The notes beneath the pieces were generated by a model, which was not told where the DNA came from, searched no databases, and saw only the letters and a program-made list of their open reading frames with translations. From NCBI GenBank assembly GCA_964016885.1, contig OZ024743.1, positions 300,576,001 to 300,640,000 of the forward strand: 64,000 bases of DNA. Direction: 5' to 3'. A program made the translations under genes and the position numbers. This stretch comes from Eledone cirrhosa (taxonomy: Eukaryota). Shown here piece by piece: positions 46,382 to 60,650 of this stretch (the stretch's first letter is position 1; every line of letters begins with the position of its first letter).

Positions 46382-47016
46382 CACAGGTTCTCAACCCATT
46401 TAGGCCAAACGCCCCCTTTTTTCCCTCGAAATCACGAACCCCCCTCTCCCCCCACCCTATTTTTTTCACTTTTTCAATAATCTACTGATTTTTATATCAG
46501 TAGATTAGTAAAAAATTGATTAACAATATTCCAAACATGTGTTGTATGTGGTCCTAGATGTGTGTTCTACTCGCTCTATTTTTTTCTTTCCTTTTTTTTT
46601 ATTTGTAATATTATTTATGCAATAGGGAATAAAATAGATCTACATAGTGTTAACTCGTTACGGTTGAGTCAATAATTTCAGATAAGATTCTAACTTTCTG
46701 CGCTCAAAGTGTCTTTGACCCAGTTGACTGTGGGTTTTTCCATTTTTAGGATCTCAATTACCGGTTAACGTCTCAATTACCGGACATGCCTGCACACCTG
46801 CCCACAGCTGCAGACAGCACAACTATAGTCTGACCGCAGCTGTGAGCAGGTGTGCAGGCATGTCCGGTAATTGAGACGTTAACCGGTAATTGAGATCCTA
46901 AAAAATGGAAAAACCCAGCGCCCCCTAACCCCCTCCCCCAGCTCCAAACGCCCCCTAACGCGACCTTGCTCCTACCCCCCCCCGGGGGTACATATGCCCC
47001 CCGTTGAGAACCTTTG
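46382..47016. mobile_element. hAT (Buster/Charlie-type) MITE with an 8-bp TSD
   Basis: TIRs CACAGGTTCTCAAC / GTTGAGAACCTTTG. Perfect TSD ATTTAAAC at 46374-46381 and 47017-47024 (nnnTAnnn). Confidence 0.88.
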
Positions 47017-47199
47017 ATTTAAACGATAGCGGTTGCGGGGCAACTGCATGCATATATCTTATAACAAGGTGAAAGAAAAAAACAGAAAACAAGTAAATAA
47101 GCAGTTTAAGAAATAAAATTAAAGTACAAACGTCTGTACTGAGTACTTTCGAACTAGGAAAACCTTGCTAAATAACCTTATAATGAATCAATTATCAGC

Positions 47200-48400
47200 A
47201 ATGTTAGGATCATTAATCTCATCTGCAGGCCAGTTCTAAGAGAAGACTATAATATCACTCATCACTGGGGTCGTAGAAATCAAGATTGGCTCTCAATTTG
47301 CTTTGACAAATATACTTCTACTAGTACTAAGTGGCAAGCCGAGAAGCTAATGGGTGTGGCAGGAATGGTAAACATAGGATCACTTCCTTCGTAAACATAA
47401 GTATTCACCCGAACATATAAAATATTAGGAGAAAATTATAATAGTAATTTATATCGATATATAGGCAATTCGACCCCGTTTTCTTCAAAATTTCAATGAA
47501 TACAGGCACGAAAAAGGAAACATTATCAGAGCAAATTATTAAACGATAATTGTTGAGGAACAACTCTCCCCGAATATCCTTTAACAAGGCAGAAAACAAG
47601 TATTTCAACAATCTAGCAGATATCAAGTTAAAGTACTCGCATTTGAAAAACACATGTCCTAGACATTGTCGAACCATAAAAAAAATCTTTATTCACCATT
47701 ATTATAAATCGATAATCAGAAAAGGTAGTAAGCCTATCATGAGTATGGCTTTCCTAATAGAATCCTAATATATCAGCTTTCATGAGAGAGGTAAAAGAAT
47801 GGTTCTCTTCCTGATATGCCAGAATTAAGGCTACTGTTACTATAGTGGCACGATATGTAGTTAATGATTTTTGCGGGAAAGCTAAAAATAGGAGAACCAG
47901 AATAGCCAATCTAAGGACTCATAAGTTCCTATCAAATAAATGTGAGTATATTTTAAATGGAATTTAGATCAATATACAATAATTTCGACCTCGTTGACCA
48001 CAACCGTTCAATGAACAATGTGGCAGCAAAATGTTTATTAGAACAAATTCTTAAACGATAATTGTTAAACATCATATAATAGGAGGAAAACAAAGAAAAC
48101 AAGTTGGTCAAAAATTTAATAAGGATCACATTAAATTACTCATTTTTCAAACCGCATGTAATGGGCAGTCTCGAACCATAAAAAACCCCTGCTAATTAAT
48201 TACATTTTTTTATAAATCGATAACCAATAACCTTAAGACAATTGATCTCATCAGCCTGCAGGTCATAATATTACCCTAAAATATCAGCCATAACGATGTA
48301 AAAGCTGAAAGATCCTCTCCACGTGCTTTAACAGTATTGCAGTAGAGGCAAGCCGGGAAGAAAATGGTTTTAGCGTAAGTACTATGAATAGTACCATCTC
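47200..48400. repeat. Old diverged tandem repeat, period ~510 bp
   Basis: TTAAACGATAATTGTT, AAAACAAGT, TCGAACCATAAAAAA and TTATAAATCGATAA recur ~510 bp apart. GGCAAGCCG occurs at 47333 and 48347. Confidence 0.6.
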
Positions 48401-48676
48401 CTTCTTTTTCAACGAATCATTCATGCAATGTTTTATTATCGAGATAATAATAAAGAATGACTGCAGCCATACGACAAGCTAACCAAAAGACAGGTCGGAA
48501 CATACTACTGGCGAACTTGGAACACTTCCAGAGATTACTCCTCTCCAAACTCTAAATGGGATACAACGATATATGCACGTTTACTACCTTCCCCAGTAAT
48601 ATCACCGAAATGTGCATGAGAGCGTATGTGGTCTACAGAATCTCATATAGACGATGTGGTTCCTCGTACGTGGGAT

Positions 48677-48856
48677 ATAATGTAATGTTTCTATAATCAA
48701 AGTACGCATAGTCCCGAAAGATTCGTCTGCCAAATATCATATTTCTAGATGCCAATATTGTTCAGTTGAGGGAAGGTAGCAACGTGAAATAAAATGTCTT
48801 TCTCAAGGACACAACGCATCACCCGTTCAAAGAAACGAACGCACAAACACTTATAA

Positions 48857-48933
<77 letters not shown>

Positions 48934-49268
48934 TAAATGTGTGTGGACGTATTTCTGTTTGATGATGTGCGTATATATATATATATATATATATATATAC
49001 GCACATCAAACAGAAATACGTCCACACACATTTACTCACACACACACACAAAGACACACATTTTTAAGTGTTTGTGCGTTCGATTCTTTGAACGGGTGAT
49101 GCGTTGTGTCATTGAGAAAGACATTTTATTTCACGTTGCTACCTTCCCTCAACTGAACAATATTGGTGTCATGGAGATGAGAGGCGTGCATGCATGTGCG
49201 ACTGCTGGTCTTTCACAAACAAAGTTGCTCAGACTTGAGTCACGGAGGGGTTTGTGTGTGTGTGTATA

Positions 49269-49334
<66 letters not shown>

Positions 49335-49519
49335 CATATTATTCATTTATGGTTTCTGTGTTTATAATTAATGCTTTCTTAATTCCTAAATACCCCACAC
49401 TCCTCCCCGTCGTCTTGATTTTGACCTAAATGTCACGGTTGCAGCATCTAGAAATATGATATTTGGCAGACGAATCTTTCGGGACTATGCGTACTTTGAT
49501 TATAGAAACATTACATTAT
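48677..49519. repeat. Nested fold-back: A-B-(TA)n-B'-spacer-A'
   Basis: 48677-48752 vs 49444-49519 and 48752-48970 vs 48998-49166 are near-perfect inverted matches. Confidence 0.88.
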
Positions 49520-49718
49520 TATATATATATATAGTTATGTAACAAACAAAATAATATAATTATTTCATTTACCAGTGGTTTCTTGAAAATGATAATTATT
49601 TCATTTACCATTTCTGTAACCCACATAGATCACGCTTTTTTCCTGGACCTTTCCGACGGAATTACTTCATTTATATATATATAAATATAGTTATGTAATA
49701 AACAACATAAGGCAATTA

Positions 49719-49779
49719 TTTCATTTACCAGTGGTTTCTTAAAAGCAAAAACAGTTTGCTTTCAATCATCAGAATGAAA
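49719..49779 (-). ncRNA. Type I hammerhead ribozyme, intact (family E)
   Basis: Minus strand TTTCATT-CTGATGA-TTGAAAGCAAA-CTGTT-TTTGCTTTTAA-GAAA-CCACTGG-TA-AATGAAA. 7-bp stem I, 11-bp stem II. Confidence 0.88.
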
Positions 49780-50549
49780 AAATCCTGGTGTATTTATTGA
49801 CGTTGGATTTTAAAAACAAAAATGCAATCTATATGAAAGTGAGGCTGGAATAGGAAGAAGGAAAGGAAAAATAAAATAAAAACACACATGCAAACACACA
49901 CACACACAATTATATACATACACATATACACACACATACATATATATATGTGTGAATATATATACATACACATACATATACACATACATATATACACACA
50001 TAAATATCAACATATCCATACATACACATACATATATACAACCACACACACACATATATATATATATATACATACACATACATATACATACACATATACA
50101 TACACATACATACATACACACACACAATCATACGTATATACACACGTACATACATACACATACATACACACATATATACACGCATATATACGCATGCACA
50201 AACATAGAAATATATACACACACCTCTATATACTCACACACACAAATAAATATAAGAAAAAATATATAATAATAAAAATAAAAAATGAAAATGAATATAA
50301 AGACTATTATAATGTTGACAGCGACACAGGCAATAAATAAATGAACAAACACACGTGGCAACCAATACACACAAATGCACGTACACATACATGCGTAAGA
50401 ATAAATACATACACACACTCTCACAATTAAATATACATATACAAATACATAAACACATACATCCGCATACACAATTACAAACACACACACATATACATAT
50501 ACACACACACACATACATATACACACACGCACATACATATACACACACA

Positions 50550-50600
<51 letters not shown>

Positions 50601-50791
50601 GGAACCAGTAAGACCCCGACAGCTGAGCTCAAGCCGTTTCGACGGCTAATTCTGTGTCCAGAATTAGCCGTCGAAGCGGCTTGAGCTCAGCTGTCGGGGT
50701 CTTACTGGTTCCTATTACCCACTCTACTACCTCAAGTATTGAGTACTTTGGTGCGTTATGGTCCACCTGGTTCCTTACCACATTCCCTTCG

Positions 50792-50875
<84 letters not shown>

Positions 50876-51702
50876 ATACATACATAACCATACAAATAAC
50901 CACATACATATACATGCATATCACAAACACATATATACAAACACAAACACACACATATATATGTGTGTAAAACTCATTCTTAGATAATTCATATGAACCT
51001 TATTTAACTCTAAAAAAAAAATATATATATATATATACATACACATATATGCACATACATACATACTCACATACACATATACATCTACATACACTATATA
51101 CATACACATACGTATGCATATACATACACACACACATATACATATATAACTAAATGTATATATATATGAGAAAGAACAGAATAATTATATATATATATAA
51201 AAAATAAATATTGTATATATAAAAGAATATTGTCTATATAAACATAAAAATAAAAATGCAAATAAAAAGTTGGGAATACGACATATATGCGTATATATGT
51301 GTGTATGTATTTTTATGTTTGTACGTGTGTATATACGTATGATTGTGTGTATGTATGTATGTGTATGTATATGTGTATGTATATGTATGTGTATGTGTAT
51401 ATATATATATATATGTGTGGTTGTATATATGTATGTGTATGTATGGATATGTTGATATGTATGTGTGTATGTATGTATGGGCATATGTATGTATATGTAT
51501 ATATATATACACATGTATGTGTGTGTGTGTGTATATATGTGTGTGTATGTGTGTATGTATATATATATATATGTGTGTATGTATATAATTGTGTGTGTGT
51601 GTTTTTTATTTTACTTTTCCTTTCCTTCTTTTTCCAGCCTCACTTTCATATAGATTGCATTTTTGTTTTTAAAATCCAACGTCAATAAATAGACCAGGAC
51701 CT

Positions 51703-51763
51703 TTTCATTCCGATGATTGAAAGCAAAATGTCTTTGCTTTTAAGAAACCACTGGTAAATGAAA
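51703..51763 (+). ncRNA. Hammerhead ribozyme copy with a CCGATGA core variant (family E)
   Basis: Same stems as 49719-49779, a different stem II loop and one core substitution. Confidence 0.75.
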
Positions 51764-52927
51764 TAATTGCCTTATGTCGTTTATTACATAACTATTAAGC
51801 CATGTTACCTACATAGAGCACTCTTTTTTCCTGGAATTTTCCGACGGAATTACTTCATGCATACATACATATATATATACATAGAGATTACAATAATCAA
51901 AGTTCAGTTTAAATCATTTATTTGCTTACAAACCGGGGTTTGGATTCTTCGAAGCAACTATTTACTGATCTATAACATACTTGACCTCCTTTTCAACACA
52001 AGAGACATATAAAAACATATGCATATATTGACCCACAGTGGGATGACATCCATCATAATGATATAGCATGGCAATTTGCATATAAAGGTTAAAGGATAAA
52101 AATAAAAATAAAAATAAAAATGAAACATTGGCAGTTTATGAAGATAAAGCAAGAGGAAAGTTTAGAGTAGTCAGTGTATGAAACAATCTCACGTGTAGCA
52201 TGCACGCGTGTCTTATTTATACAGGATTAGAGTGCGGCAGATTGTTACTTGTAGGATCAGGCAGTTAAAGCAGGCAATCGATAGTATTATGTGGGCTGTA
52301 TTGTTAAATCAATTTTCGCATACACCTGTATGATATACAATCCCGAATGTAGAGAAACACCAAAATATCAAAAACATCAAACATATTATAAAACATATTA
52401 TAACATAGGCAAAACAGTACCACTGTCTTCGCGCACACCGCCACTCACATAATCCATGAAACCCAATATATAGACTACAGGTCTATCATACAATCCACGA
52501 TGGTTCAGCATAGAACCAAGCTATAAACCATATCTTGTCGATTCTTAGTTAATAGATCATGATGTTTAGTTTTGTGAGATGATATTATATTCCGGAAGTG
52601 TGTGTGTGACCAAGGGGAGTTAATGCGTAAGGGGAGGTAACTAGCTGGTTTTCATAGTTAAATGTATTATCCTAACTTACATTAATGGTGTTTCAAATAA
52701 GTGCCTATCATATGATGTTATAACTAATTTCTAGATTAGGTTACTTATCTATTGCAATCTCTATATAACTGCTCTGTAAAACAACCTATGTTATTACATT
52801 GAGCTATTTATCTTACTGGTAATAAGATAGTAATGAATGACTATCTTTCACTATTTGGGGTTTGTCTAAAAAATCTATAACCATAAAAGGTTTTATTATA
52901 TACATAACCATAAATAGTATCCTTAAT

Positions 52928-53018
<91 letters not shown>

Positions 53019-53040
53019 TAGATAGATACATACATAGATA

Positions 53041-53429
53041 TATTTGAAAAAAAGGAAAATAATGACATCACTTGTAGTTCTAAATAACTTTACTTAATTT
53101 TATAATATTATAATATATTATGAGATGGTAGATCTAGTAAGTTCTTTGTTAACTTCGGAGAGAAGAATTTTAAACATTCCTGGTTAACTTTCTTGGAGAA
53201 CTTTCTCGCATCCGTCGGTGGCGATTGTCAACCTGATCTCAGTTTGACAATCGCCAGCGATGAATGCGACAATGTTCCCCAAGAAAGTTACCCAGGAATC
53301 TTTAAAATTCTTCCCGCCGAAGTTAACAAAGAACTTACCAGATCTACCATCTCATAATATATTATAATATTATAAAATTAAGTCAAATTATTTAGAACTA
53401 CAAGTAATTATTTTCCTTTTTTTTAAATA
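53041..53429. repeat. ~390-bp imperfect palindrome (fold-back MITE-like)
   Basis: ~190-bp arms centred on GGCGATTGTCAA-CCTGATCTCAGT-TTGACAATCGCC. Confidence 0.85.
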
Positions 53430-53476
53430 TACCTAACTGTACCAATGATCTCACACATTTTCCTATATATATATAT

Positions 53477-53527
<51 letters not shown>

Positions 53528-53862
53528 ATATATGTGAGACTATATTTTTTTGTATGTTTCTATGTAGTTACGTAAGAAAGTTTTGTAGGTGTTTGAATAC
53601 GTTTATACCCACTGTAATGCTGTTTAGTTTTAGCTGACATTTTCAATATGTACTCTACAGGGAAGAAACGACTATATATATATACTAGACAAAATCAGAA
53701 ATACAACATTGCCGTGTGTAATGCGTATTGCAGAGCACCGCAGTACTCATAAAATTAGTATACTTTACAACCGCTGATTGATGTCTAGACTGAAAAATAT
53801 TTTCTGAAATTATCTTGCTGATTAAATTGTATCGGATTGTTATAAATATTTAAGTAAATAAA

Positions 53863-53999
<137 letters not shown>

Positions 54000-55355
54000 C
54001 AGCGAGAGAGGGGAAATGGATGAGGGAGAGAAAGAGAGAGAGAGAGAGAGAGTAAGTTGTTTGTTCATGTTAACTTTTTTTTTTCTCTTTGATGTTTACA
54101 TCGTTTCGTATATGTGTCTCGAGTACGTATGAATGCCATCAGAAGTTGTGTTTCAAGTTGCACCGCCTCAACTCTGGAACTTTTATTACCTCAAAATGTC
54201 TATAGAACAATTTCTATAAAAAATACTTTATATGGGGCATCTCATCTCCCAAATGTGTTTTAATCAAGCCCATCATAACAAATTTGATGCTCATAATTTA
54301 AAATGTTTCGCATATTTTAACATATTTTTGAGCTAGTCTGTTATGTGAACTTTGTTTATTCTAAAAATTCCAAGATGTAATTTAGATATATATATATATT
54401 CTCTTAATCATATCATTTTACATCCTAATCTACTAAAGGATTTAGCGTGATAAGGAAGTTATGATTCCCAAGGCTCTCATATATTGATGGGTGTTATCTA
54501 ATAATTTACTACATGTTTATTCTGCAAACGGTAAATCCAGAAATTAACAGAAATTTATTTTGTTGTGTTGTTTCTTGCTAAAATTATTGATGTCTCCTTA
54601 TTAGGTCTTGACTTGGAACACAACCCATCTTGTCCGTTCGTTATAACATTATATCTTATTTGATGATCAGAATAATATAATTCATAATTGCAGTCGGGTA
54701 ACACTGATACCTGGCTAATATCATTAAAACGTTTAGATAAATGTGGTCGGCTCCACTGAAACCAATCTTAAACTAATCTACAAATATATATTGTGGTATT
54801 CATATATTTGAATGGCCATGGTCATCGCACTGCCTCTCGGGATAGAAAGAAAGGTTCATATTAATGCATTAATGTTGTCTTTAAATTTGGGGGATGCGTC
54901 CTACACACGTTCCAGTGGAAAGCATTCTGACTGATTAAAGATATGTTTTTCTCTGGTTTCCCTATCGCTATTGCAAATGTTTCGGCATATCGTATTATAT
55001 ACACCTTTCACGCACGTTGAATTCCATCCTTTCCACGTGAAATTTCTGAAACAGTCAAGAGCTCGTATATGTTTATGATTAGGCGAAGAAGACGTGTTTA
55101 ATTTCAATTCTAAGCAGATTTTGCACTCAATAACAGTTTCAGACGAAGATATTCGACTTGTATACATGTTAGTTTTTTTCTTTCGGTATCGTTTTAAGGA
55201 TTTAAAACATTGTTTTAGTGACAAGAGGCAATAATCTATAAACGATAATGTCGAATACTACAACGTACGTATGATAGAATAAAAAATATGTATTAAATCT
55301 CTACATGCATTTGACTTTCATTTAAATACACACACACACATACACACACACTCAA

Positions 55356-55426
<71 letters not shown>

Positions 55427-55439
55427 TGTGCTACAATAA

Positions 55440-58101
55440 AACTCACCTCCTACGTACAAAAGCCGCTCCAACTTATGGCATACTTAGAAGTCTAGATATA
55501 TGAACAGTCCAAATCAAAATACGGATTGAACTTCCACAAATATTTATCAGAGAATTGGAAACGCTACTTGGATGATTGCCTCATTCTTTGGTCCCACACA
55601 CTCGACCAACTGAAGGATTTCAAAAACTTAATAAACGGCATCAATAACCACATCCAATTCACAATGGAATACAGCCAAGATCAACTCCCATTTCTGGACA
55701 TCTTAATCTTAAAAAAAGACACAAATATCGAAACTGACATACACTACAAACCAACAGATTCCAAACAATATCTGCTATTCACCTCCAACCATCCAAAGCA
55801 CACGAAGACGAACATTCCTTTTAACCTAGCAAGAATAATTTCCACGATTGTCTCCAATTATGAAACGCGAAATAAAAGACTTCAAGTATTAAAGGAAATT
55901 CTACTCGAGAGAGAGAGTACCCACTATTACTAATAAATAATGGAATAGAAAGGGCTAAAGCAATAGGCATTGATGAATTACGGAAACAGAAACAAATTCA
56001 AGGTACGTCCAATATTCTATCATATATCTCAACACACAACCCAAGAATGAAAAAAGCCCTTGAAACACACAACATGATCAAAAGCAAAAGACAACCAAAA
56101 TCACTGAAAACATTACTCACCAATGCCAAATTACCTACCACAAACCCACAACCAAGTATCAAAAAATGTGGTCGCTCTAATTTTGGAACCTGCACTCACC
56201 TCATTGAAGGCAACACGTATACACTTAAATCAGGACAGAATTTTACTGTAAAAAATCACTTCACTTGCTCATCAAAAAATCTAGTTTATGCCATTAAATG
56301 TAAAGGATGCAATGAAGATTATATAGGACAAACTAAACTCACACTCAGAAACAGAATGACAGTTCATCGCCAACAATTACGAGATCCAACCGCGAGACAG
56401 ATACCACTAAATGCACATCTAGACATTTGCGCAAGTAATAAGACACCCAAATTCCAAGTCTTCCTATTTAACCTTTGCGCTAACAATACAACAGAACAAA
56501 TGCGAATAAATAAGGAAAATATGTTTATTCAAAAATATAGACCAACATTAAATATGGTTTAATATACACTATGTCAACACCATAATATGACATACACACA
56601 CACACATAACACCTACTTTAGAAAATAAAAACCCGAACTAAATAAACCTTAACATACGTTTGCACTGACAATACAACAGAGCAAATACGAATAAGTAAGG
56701 AAAATATGTTCATTCAAAAATATTCCTACTAAAGGAATCATTTTCCTACACACATACACACACACACACACACACAATATATATATATATATATATATAT
56801 ATTCTCTTCATCTTAACATGCTAACCATACTCCCACAAACATAACACCCATACACACACATAACAACCCCCACACCCACAACTCCCTCCCCCATTTCTAC
56901 TAATAGAACCACTTTCCTACACACATATATATACACACACACAAATATATATTCTCTCCATCTTAACATACTCGCACACACACACATAACACCCATATAC
57001 ACACACACAACTCCCTCCCCCATTTCTACTAATAGAATAATCATCCAATACACCCCGCCCCCCACACACACACAAGCATACACATAAACATACATATCTT
57101 CACTTCAATAGAAAATCTGAACTCTGACACCCCAGCGAACTAAGCATATTCACTGAACCAGAACAATTCTCCCAATCCCATTTCTCTTGACCACTATCTT
57201 TCCATTGTCATAACTTTCTCTATAAAGGCTACAGAATAGTTTTCCAAATAAGGGCGCAAAAATGTAATGAAAACTTGTTCACGTGACCGCCAAATTTCCT
57301 TTATAACCAATCAAATCACGTTTATTAAAAAAAAGCCTTCGTGAGCCACCTTTTTTAAAGTAAATAAATTCAAACACACACACACACAACACACACACAC
57401 ACACACGCACACACACACACACAAGCACACAAATAAACATACATATCTTTACTTTCTTTATTCAATAGAAAATCTGAATTCTGACACCCCAGCGAACTAA
57501 CCATATTCACTGAACCAGAACAATTCTCCCATCCCTTTCTCTTGACCATTATCTTTCACTTATCATAAAATTCTCTAAAAAGGCTACAGAATGGATTTCC
57601 ATATAAGGGCACAAAAATGTAATGAAAACTTGTTCACGTCGAGCCATAATTTCATTTATAACCAACCAAAAAAAAGCCTCCGTGAGCCCCCTTTTTCCAA
57701 GTAAAAAGAAATTCAAACACTCATATATGAAAAAACAACCTGTGACACCCCCCTCTTATTTGAAGAACTATTGTAACGCGAACTGGCGCGAAATTTATTA
57801 TAATTATTGACAAACCAATCAAATTACTTCTCGAAAAACCTGGCATTTCGAGCCACTTTTTCCATATAAAACAAGTAACATTCAGAGACCAACCAGATGT
57901 GAGAAAAACCACAGACCCTCCATCTCAACTCACCTTTTGAAAAGCAGAAGAACTGTGAAACCGGTAAAGGAACAAAATAAATATATATATTTTAAAAAAA
58001 AATAAGAGTCCAGTTGCATTTTCGATTTCATCTCTTTTTCTTTATACTTTCACTCGTGTAGCACACCTCGGTTATTTTTCATTCTGTAAAAAATCCCTCA
58101 C

Positions 58102-58105
<4 letters not shown>
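55440..58105 (+). mobile_element. 5'-truncated Penelope-like element: RT core/thumb + GIY-YIG (55455-56562) and a long 3' region
   Basis: WKRYLDDC, IQFTME, LPFLDI, HYKPTDSKQYL...SNHP; CSSKNLVYAIKCKGCNEDYIGQT...RMTVHR; PTLN. ~360-bp tandem duplication at 57070-57720. Degenerate hammerhead at 57933-57970. Confidence 0.92.
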
Positions 58106-58134
<29 letters not shown>

Positions 58135-58186
58135 ATTGTTGTGGGATGCCGTTTGAGCACTCGATGCTCTTACAGAGCAGAGTATG

Positions 58187-58407
58187 ATACCACATAACAA
58201 ACGGAGAATCAGTGTAAGAGGGCCGCGGGTGTAACTGGACATTTGGAATCTCTGCTTCGTAGAATCGAGACGTATCTGACGACATTGCGATTTCAGAGTC
58301 AGATCATTACATCGATCGTGCCTGGAGCCGGTCGCCAGAGAAACGATTGTAATATGTCTAATACATTTTATTCGTAGCAACACTGATTCTCCGTTTGTTT
58401 TGTGTTA

Positions 58408-58409
<2 letters not shown>
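58187..58409. mobile_element. Small MITE-like element with ~29-bp inverted ends
   Basis: ATACCACATAACAAACGGAGAATCAGTGT vs ACACTGATTCTCCGTTTGTTTTGTGTTAT. Confidence 0.55.
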
Positions 58410-58468
<59 letters not shown>

Positions 58469-60359
58469 ATGTGTGTGTCTGTCTGTTTATCTGTGCGGGT
58501 ATGTGTATCAACACCTTCACATAATTGTGTTAATTTCAGATGATGTCACTTTGTTACTGTTTTAATGACAGCTTAACAACTACACAAAGGTTTCAAAGAA
58601 ATAGGTTTTATCAAATACATTTCATTATGTAACGTCTGTCTTGTCATTAAATTTATACATAGAAGCCCCATCGTATTTGATAGTTACCGTTATCTTGGAT
58701 ACATACGATGGACTTAGAATGGTCTTGCCTGCTTACACGTATATACTATTGATACGGATTAGCAACACGGTAATAAGCATAAACATAAATATGTGTGTGT
58801 GTGTGTGTATGTGTGTGTGTGTGTGTGGGGGGGGGGTTATGTAGTATCAAAATTATGTCAATTCATATATCGTATTATTCGGTCAATTATAATATATATA
58901 ACTGTGAGAAAACTGTATTCATGACATTCACAATATATGATGATTGATTAAAAGCAGTACGTGCTTTCTATCCAATCTACCAGTTTCCCTGTTTTACTTT
59001 TAGTTTCGTCTACGAGTGTTCTTCTTTTCTCCCCAAAACACCAACACATCTTTCTAACTTTATAGCTGGCAAAGAAGGACTAGCGTCAAAAAAGCTTAGA
59101 CAAATTTCCAAGTATAACAATCCTTAAATGTATATACCATATCTGCATTATTTTGTCCTCTTATGTTGTTTTTCGCAGAATCAACGATTATTTTCACGAT
59201 TTTGTGTGCCAATTTTTTCATGAATATGAAATGATTCGACAACTCTCTGCAGTATACGCCTGCACAAATATTCGTTATAATAATATACATATTAAGGATC
59301 GGGTGATTTTCATTGCAGGATGAAATATATATAAGAAAATATCAATTGGACTTCGAATGGAATCGAACGTCAAATTATAGACTAATAGTGATGAATGTAT
59401 TGAAGGAATAACGAGGAGTAATTTTTTCTTCTGAAGCTGGGATGTTAGATAAATATTTGTAACATATATGTATAGATATACATATTCAAATTTATAATAT
59501 CTAATCAATATTGAAAATGATATCTAGAATCTACATAATCAGGGTATACATTCTATAAATAATCAAATATATTCACACACGCATGAACACACACAATCAT
59601 ACACACACACGCGCGCACACAACACATACATACACGCGTATATATGTATGTGTGTGTGTTTATGTGTGTGTTTGTGTAATTTTGGCGTACGACGGCAAAG
59701 TATATTTAAACATTATGCATCACAGATGGTATATTTTTATTGTTAAAAAACAGCTCTGTCACCTCAATAAGAGTAAAACCAATAGCAATTTATAATCTCT
59801 TCAGGAAATTACTATAGAGCCTACTATAAGCAGAGAATGCCGTCTTCTGTCATGACGTATCTAAAGCTACTTGGACATAGAATATCTATACTATAAAGCT
59901 GACGGCCGTATGTAAGTTATAAACTTTCTGCCAAGCGGCTGGAACAAACGACATCAAATTTGCACCATAGATATAACTTTTTCCAAGTAAGAAAGTGAGG
60001 GTATTTTTGTCTACTGAATTTTGTTAAAAGATTAAAGACATTATTTAAATATTCACTTCTTTAAACTTTTCAAATGTCAACACTTCCGGTTATGCGACAT
60101 TCCTGAAGTCTTCACGAATCAAAGTATCATCTTCCTGTTTTCTATCGGTTGCAACGTTTTTTCGAAATCTTTACTTATGCGTTCACATATTGATTTTTTT
60201 AATTTCAGAAGATCCCGTTAAAGGTGAAAGCAGTGATTCTTTGCTTAAACTTTAATCTGTTATTTTAATATATATATATATAATTATATATTCGTGTACA
60301 GACATTTTTGCATACACAAATACAAAATATAAACAAACGTATATATTTCACGAAAACAC

Positions 60360-60650
60360 AGACGGCTTATCCTCATTGTTACTGCCGATATGCCACCCAA
60401 AAATTCCTAGCCTGGTCGCAAGATCATATTTTCCAGAAGAAAAAATGTTACTAGAGCAACAGAGAGACTAAGCTTCGCGATTACCATCAACAAAGCTCTG
60501 GGTCAAACTCTAAATGTGGCTGGCCTTAATCTTGGAAAACCATGGTCAATTGTATGTAGGATGCTCTAGGGTGATCTCGCCAAACAATCTCTTCATCTTT
60601 GCTCCTGAGAGCCGAAAAAAAAAATATAGTATACTCTGAGGCTCTAACAA
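60360..60650 (+). mobile_element. Helitron PIF1 helicase C-terminal fragment
   Basis: LSFAITINKALGQTLNVAGLNL...HGQLYVGCSRV...NIVYSEAL. Confidence 0.85.

Larger units (their letters stand above)
49688..51860. mobile_element. Inverted pair of non-coding, microsatellite-like elements, each ending in a hammerhead (family E), with a family A insertion between them
   Basis: 49688-50190 is the inverted match of 51285-51795. 49615-49670 is a direct match of 51803-51858. Confidence 0.8.
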
